From positions 25,792,001 to 25,856,000 of the forward strand of contig OZ287752.1 in NCBI GenBank assembly GCA_965649765.1: a DNA stretch of 64,000 bases, given 5' to 3'. Position numbers and translations under genes: made by a program. The notes below the pieces were generated by a model, which saw nothing but the letters and a program-made list of their open reading frames with translations, searched no databases and was not told the origin of the DNA. Shown in pieces: positions 59,046-64,000 of this stretch. The first letter of the stretch is position 1. Each line of letters opens with the position of its first letter. This stretch comes from Bispira polyomma. Its lineage: Eukaryota.

Positions 59046-60056
59046 TTACGTTGTAGTGATATGTTTTTTGAAAATGCAGGCAACTGAGGCCGCCGCTTCG
59101 GGTGTAGTTTCTAGATAGTGCCAAATTGCCTGACTCTTCCACCCCCCATGGGCCTGAATACTCTGCAACTGCAAATTTTTATTAAACACAAAAGAAGCGC
59201 CCGAACGCCTAAAGGCATGAAACCCATAATTTGTATATTTAATCTGCAATTTATTCAATATAACAGCCAGACCTTTTCTAACTTTGTATGCAGTAAGAGG
59301 TACCAGTGTTTTGCCTTTTGGTATTACAAACAAGGGAGAATTACCTGTGATTTGAAAAACATTTATCAGTTTTTTGATTGCATGAACAGGACACAAGGCT
59401 GAGTGTTCTAATTTAGGAATTTGCACTATCTGCACTTTGTTTGAACCCTGCATGGCTTTTTGCCATTTGACCACCAAGTGAGCCCCTGGAGCTGCAAATA
59501 TGACATCATTTACAGTAAAGTGTCTAGTCATGTCAAACGAATACATTGAGTTTGGAACCATATTGGACAATCTGAAAAATTCATAATATGCTACCAAAAA
59601 GATAGCTCTATACACCACTTCATTGTTAAGATCCCTGCAAGCCAATGATATGCTCTCAATGTCCTGTATACTAAAAACTCCTTTGATTTTAGGTGCATAA
59701 GGTGAATTGATAGCCACCGACTTAATAAATAACCCAATTTTCCTGTGAGCAAAGTGTGTGGTTGACAACCCATATAAACAGAAGAAATGCTTGATAGCCG
59801 AGACATAATTCTGCAACCCCTGTGCTGCATTACCCTGTAGCACCAAATACTCTAAGAACATTAGCAAGGCATGGAGGGATTTATAGGACACACGAAAATA
59901 TATTGTAAAAGCAAGAAACAAATTAAATTTGCCTTTATAAGCACTGGTTGTACGTGGTCTTAAGGCACAATCTATTCTTGCATCTGCCCCTCGCAGTAGC
60001 TGATTGCCCATCTTAGTACCTACAATTTTAAATAGTAAAATCTGGCAAAAATGCAC
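59046..60056 (-). CDS. Tyrosine recombinase of element 3 (probably entered by splicing at 60019)
   Basis: FFRLSNMVP, VKWQK, LCPV, FHAFRRSGAS, HGGWKSQAIWHY. Confidence 0.92.
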   Translation of the reverse strand: MHFCQILLFKIVGTKMGNQLLRGADARIDCALRPRTTSAYKGKFNLFLAFTIYFRVSYKSLHALLMFLEYLVLQGNAAQGLQNYVSAIKHFFCLYGLSTTHFAHRKIGLFIKSVAINSPYAPKIKGVFSIQDIESISLACRDLNNEVVYRAIFLVAYYEFFRLSNMVPNSMYSFDMTRHFTVNDVIFAAPGAHLVVKWQKAMQGSNKVQIVQIPKLEHSALCPVHAIKKLINVFQITGNSPLFVIPKGKTLVPLTAYKVRKGLAVILNKLQIKYTNYGFHAFRRSGASFVFNKNLQLQSIQAHGGWKSQAIWHYLETTPEAAASVACIFKKHITTT

Positions 60057-62782
60057 TATGCTCTACAGGCCACCATGTGCACTGTTGCAACTCCTCAATT
60101 ACTTCTTTATGAACTAATTTTCCAGAAAACCACCTAGAAAGGGCATCTGCATGACTATTTTCTTGACCATAAATATGCCTGTATTCTAGAGTTATGTCAT
60201 ACTTCGCAGTCAGACCCCAGATGGTCCTAGCACAAGCCATAAGAATATCATTCCACATACGACCCGAATTAAGCGCATGTACCACTGCCATGTTGTCACA
60301 CCATATGCATACCTTCTTGTTGACCCACAGCTTAGCCCAAATTCTCAAAGCTACCAATACATTTAGTATCTCAAAATGGACTATAGTAAGTCCCCCAGAT
60401 GCTTCCGGTAGGTAAGCAGCTGCATATACATTGTTTTGCCATTTAACTCCAATACCTGTCAGAGAAGCATCGACATATACTTCCAGCTGTGGCTTTGCTG
60501 CATTTATGACCACCTTGCCATTGTAATCTTGTATAAAACTATTGAACCACCTGAGGTCCCTAAAGAAGGACTGTGTCAATTGAATTCTGCCAGGGCCCTT
60601 AATTCCCCTCAACAATTGCAACATTCGGTTTACAAACAACCTGGCCGGATGTATACATTTATGAAGATAAAGCAACCTGCCCAATAGACTTTGTAATTCC
60701 CTTTTTGACGCCCTAGTTTTGATTTTCCAATCATGACAGACCTGTATAATTTCCTGTAGTTTATCACTTGGAATGGAAATAATACCTGTAACCACGTCAA
60801 CATGAATACCCATGCACACAAGCTGTGTGGAGGGAGGGTCCAACTTATCCGGGTTAATAGGAAGACCCAGGTAGGTGAACAATTCCTGCAATTTTTTGTA
60901 AGCTTTCTGTGCGTCTTGTGACGTCACAATACCGATTACGTCATCGATATAGTTCATTACACAAAACCCTGTGACGTCATAGCGTCATGCAATACGTCCA
61001 TTACGCGCTGGCATAAGGCACTTCCGGTTTTTAACCCGAACGCAATGCTTAAATCAACATAGGTTTTATCTTGATGCTTTATGCCCATGATATCATAGTC
61101 ACCCGGGTCTAATCGCAAATTTCTGAATGCCCTACTTATGTCAGTTTTGAAGAGATGCGCCTGAGGACCTAGTTCTGCAATTTTTTCTACAATGTTATCA
61201 ATTGTTGGATATTTTAAACTGAAATGTTGGCCATCATACATATCATCACTAATAGCCGAGTTAACCGAATTTCCATGTGGCCAATTTAAAACAATAATAA
61301 TGCGTCTGGATGCATTTGGCTTAGGTCATGAAAGCATGGGAGAGTAATGTAGCAACTCGAAAATATTAGGATCACAAGGACCCACTATGGCTTTATGCTT
61401 TAACTCCTTGTTCAAGTAAACATTAACATCATCCGGGAACTGATCCGCAGAGAAGTGATTTTTTGAGTCCCTATTGTGGACAAAAGTACTCCTGTCTATT
61501 CCCAAAGGAAATCCAAATTCCAGATAATTAATTAATGCTACATCCTCATGGTTACTTAGCAATGTTTTCCAATTATCTATGCAGAGATCAGATGGGACAG
61601 GAATGCGCTCCTGCATGTAATTAGGTTTACCACTACCCTTGACCATGCCATGGACCTTGGCCACCCAGTCATGCATCAAGTTGGCTGAGACTGTTTGTGT
61701 TATTCTCGAGTTAACTTGCCTATAGATAGGGACAGAAATAAATCCGACACTTCTATTAGAACATTTCATTATATTTGAGTTACAATTGTTATGTTCACGG
61801 TCATTTTGCAGACCTATAACAGTTTGAGTTGTGGGAACTCCAATGGAATCAGCACTCACGGATCCCTGTATAACCTGCTTTAGTGGCAGTTTGGCACTGC
61901 TGTTACTGATATCATTGCCTTGCTTTGGCAAAGCTCTATCCTTGTAACCAGTATCTTGAATTGTAAAATTTTTACAACATATATTCTCATCCTGACAGTT
62001 ATGATTTTCAGTACATTGTAGAACGAGTACATTATGACTATCTGGTTGTCCTTCCTGCCTAAAATCACTAAGATTGTCACTCTCGTTAAGCATTTCATGC
62101 TGTGACTGACTACTAATTACATAGCCACCAACTGTGTTATTTTGATTACATACACTTAAATGTTGTTTGTGGTTAAAATCTTTTTGTTCACTAAAAGATT
62201 CTGAGAATTTAACTGCCTGTCATTACACAGGGCTGTGTGTGAAGGCAGCTTTGTGACAGAAATAGCTGATTCTGATTTGCAATACGAATCCCTCATATGG
62301 TGAACATGATTTTTATGACACCTCACTGGGTGATTTTTACAATGTATTTTAAGGGACGAACTCCCGCTGTACTGAAGATCTACTGCCACCAAGCTGTCAC
62401 CATTCCTCCCTAGATTAATATTTTCTAGCACTGAACAAGTATCAGCTGAAATGCAGTCATGCTTCAACACACACGTGGTGCGTACTTTGGCCTCAAAACA
62501 CTCTTTCTCTCCAATACTGGAATAATACTCATCGTCACATACAGACACCCCTGCACGTGGTTTACACATGTTAAAACATTGAACATTATTAACACTATCA
62601 CACAAATGTACAGATACAGGTTCACTCCAAGGGGTGTGATGAGTGCCCAGCACTCGAGTTCCCTTAGACACACGTTTAGAAACATTAAAATTAGTTTTTC
62701 TACTACTAAAATTGTCTTTGTTATACTTGTTCATATAATTTACGCACGTGGACTTGGAAGATCTTTTTTCTCCCCGTTTTTT
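60028..62782 (-). pseudogene. RT/RNase H of element 3 in several pieces
   Basis: PNYMQERIPVPS, FGFPLG, KTDISRAFR, AFGLKTGS, MNYIDD, VDASLTG, FEILN, CDN, ADALSRW. Confidence 0.92.
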
Positions 62783-63733
62783 GACATTCTATTACATTCA
62801 CATTGTTTGTGGGGCAGAAACCTTTTTGTTGTATTAAAACAATACAAACAAGCATGTTTCATTATTTTTCCCCCTCTGCGTGATCTACATGAGAGCTGCA
62901 AGTGTTGTTATTAAACTTCAAACAAATGACTTCCTTTTTCCCTTGCCCCGCAGAATATTTACCCCACTGCTGATTTCCGTTGCTTTGCAACGTGCGTTGC
63001 GTATTTCGCATGCGAATTCGATCAATTGTCTCAAAATTTAGCCAAGTACACTTGCCACGCTCCATGGTTTGGAGAACTATACTATGAGCTCGTTTAACCG
63101 TACCCCAGTTGGTCTCCATGGCATCCTGCATTAGCAGTTTTAAATACTCTAGCATATTGTCCTTGACCTTTTTACTGGTTTCTTCCTGTACACAACCAAT
63201 GGACCCAAACATAAATTGGAAGGGGGTAAGCTCTTCGTACTTGGGATTTCTCCCACTCATACCAGTATAACAAAACTCATGGGGCCAAGCCACGTGGGCC
63301 TTATTCTTTTGCTCATTAACACGTAATAAACCTGATTTAGAGTCCCGTTCACAACCATGTAAGTTCTTGATCTGTAACTGTACTTGCTTCTGGATCTCCT
63401 CGTTGTTCTTCAGAAACTGTGGATCTGGCATGACACTGTCATTCTCTTCATCTGATAAATTCTCGTAAATAGTAGCCACCTTTCTGGTAGACACGTGGAA
63501 CCTTTTGGAGCAATTTTTTGTAAAATCAAAGTCAATGGATCAGCCCCTGTGGTCGCAGACGTGGCCATCTGTAGATTGGGTCCCCCAGTAGCACCTTCAG
63601 TTTCTGTGACTTCTCCTTCTACTTCTTCCCGCTCAGTTGTCTCGTTTCTCCTGCAATTCCTCCCCACAGGACGCACATGTAGTGGTTCTTTCCCCAACTT
63701 CTCACACGCTGTACAGTGAAATGTACTCGTACT
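62740..63733 (-). pseudogene. Gag-like ORF of element 3 (two frameshifts)
   Basis: CTACEKLGKEPLHVRPVGRNC; FLKNNEEIQKQV; WPHEF..YEELTPFQF; CLKFNNNTC..H; ends ..MSKNG. Confidence 0.8.
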
Positions 63734-64000
63734 GGAAAATAAGAGAAGTCCTCTCTCTCGCAACAAAACCTGGCTTGTCAAATTGAATATCAGTTGCACA
63801 AGGCAGTAGCAAACTTAGAATCTTCCTCTGAATTTAGCCTGATATTCTACAATAACAGAGCTTTTTCCAAGCCCGACAAGCCGCGCTTGTTGCAGAAAAA
63901 GAACTGTTTCCTCAGCTATTGCTACCTTCACACTGACTAGTATTTGCAAAGCAAAGCCCCACCCCAACATTTTGACCCAGTATTCACCCATGTGCTAGAG

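Larger units (their letters stand above)
59030..64000 (-). mobile_element. Tyrosine-recombinase retrotransposon 3 (Ngaro-like), few frameshifts/stops, 5' end probably beyond the window
   Basis: gag remnants ~62740-63733, pol pieces 60028-62782 and intact YR 59046-60056. Confidence 0.9.

Overview
AT-rich eukaryotic (invertebrate animal, plausibly mollusc/lophotrochozoan; taxon is an inference) genomic window, almost entirely nested transposable elements. It contains three diverged tyrosine-recombinase (DIRS/Ngaro-like, methyltransferase-less) retrotransposons: one apparently intact (~20.1-26.3 kb, -), one decayed (~41.1-46.4 kb, +) and one lightly decayed that runs off the window end (~59.0-64.0 kb, -). 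Also present are a decayed P-superfamily transposase linked to Pif1-helicase, PHD and RFX-like winged-helix coding blocks (14.5-18.9 kb), and a LINE ORF1-like gene fused to a NADAR (YbiA-like) domain with no visible ORF2 (57.2-58.2 kb). The remainder is Harbinger remnants, L2, Tx1/L1-type, Penelope and Gypsy fragments, tRNA-derived SINEs, MITEs and satellites, plus exons of one multi-Ig-domain host gene or pseudogene (37.1-48.5 kb) and a paralogous exon remnant. The strongest new signal comes from comparing the three YR retrotransposons. All share an A_AAA_AAC -1 frameshift site joining gag to pol (with a perfect hairpin in the intact copy), a phase-1 splice donor candidate in mid-gag matched to a phase-1 acceptor just before the recombinase ORF, an N-terminal CxxC...HxRPVxxxC motif, and a TGGGTTTGGG box just after the YR stop. 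All calls come from manual motif reading; no database searches were run, and element boundaries without TIR/TSD evidence are approximate.
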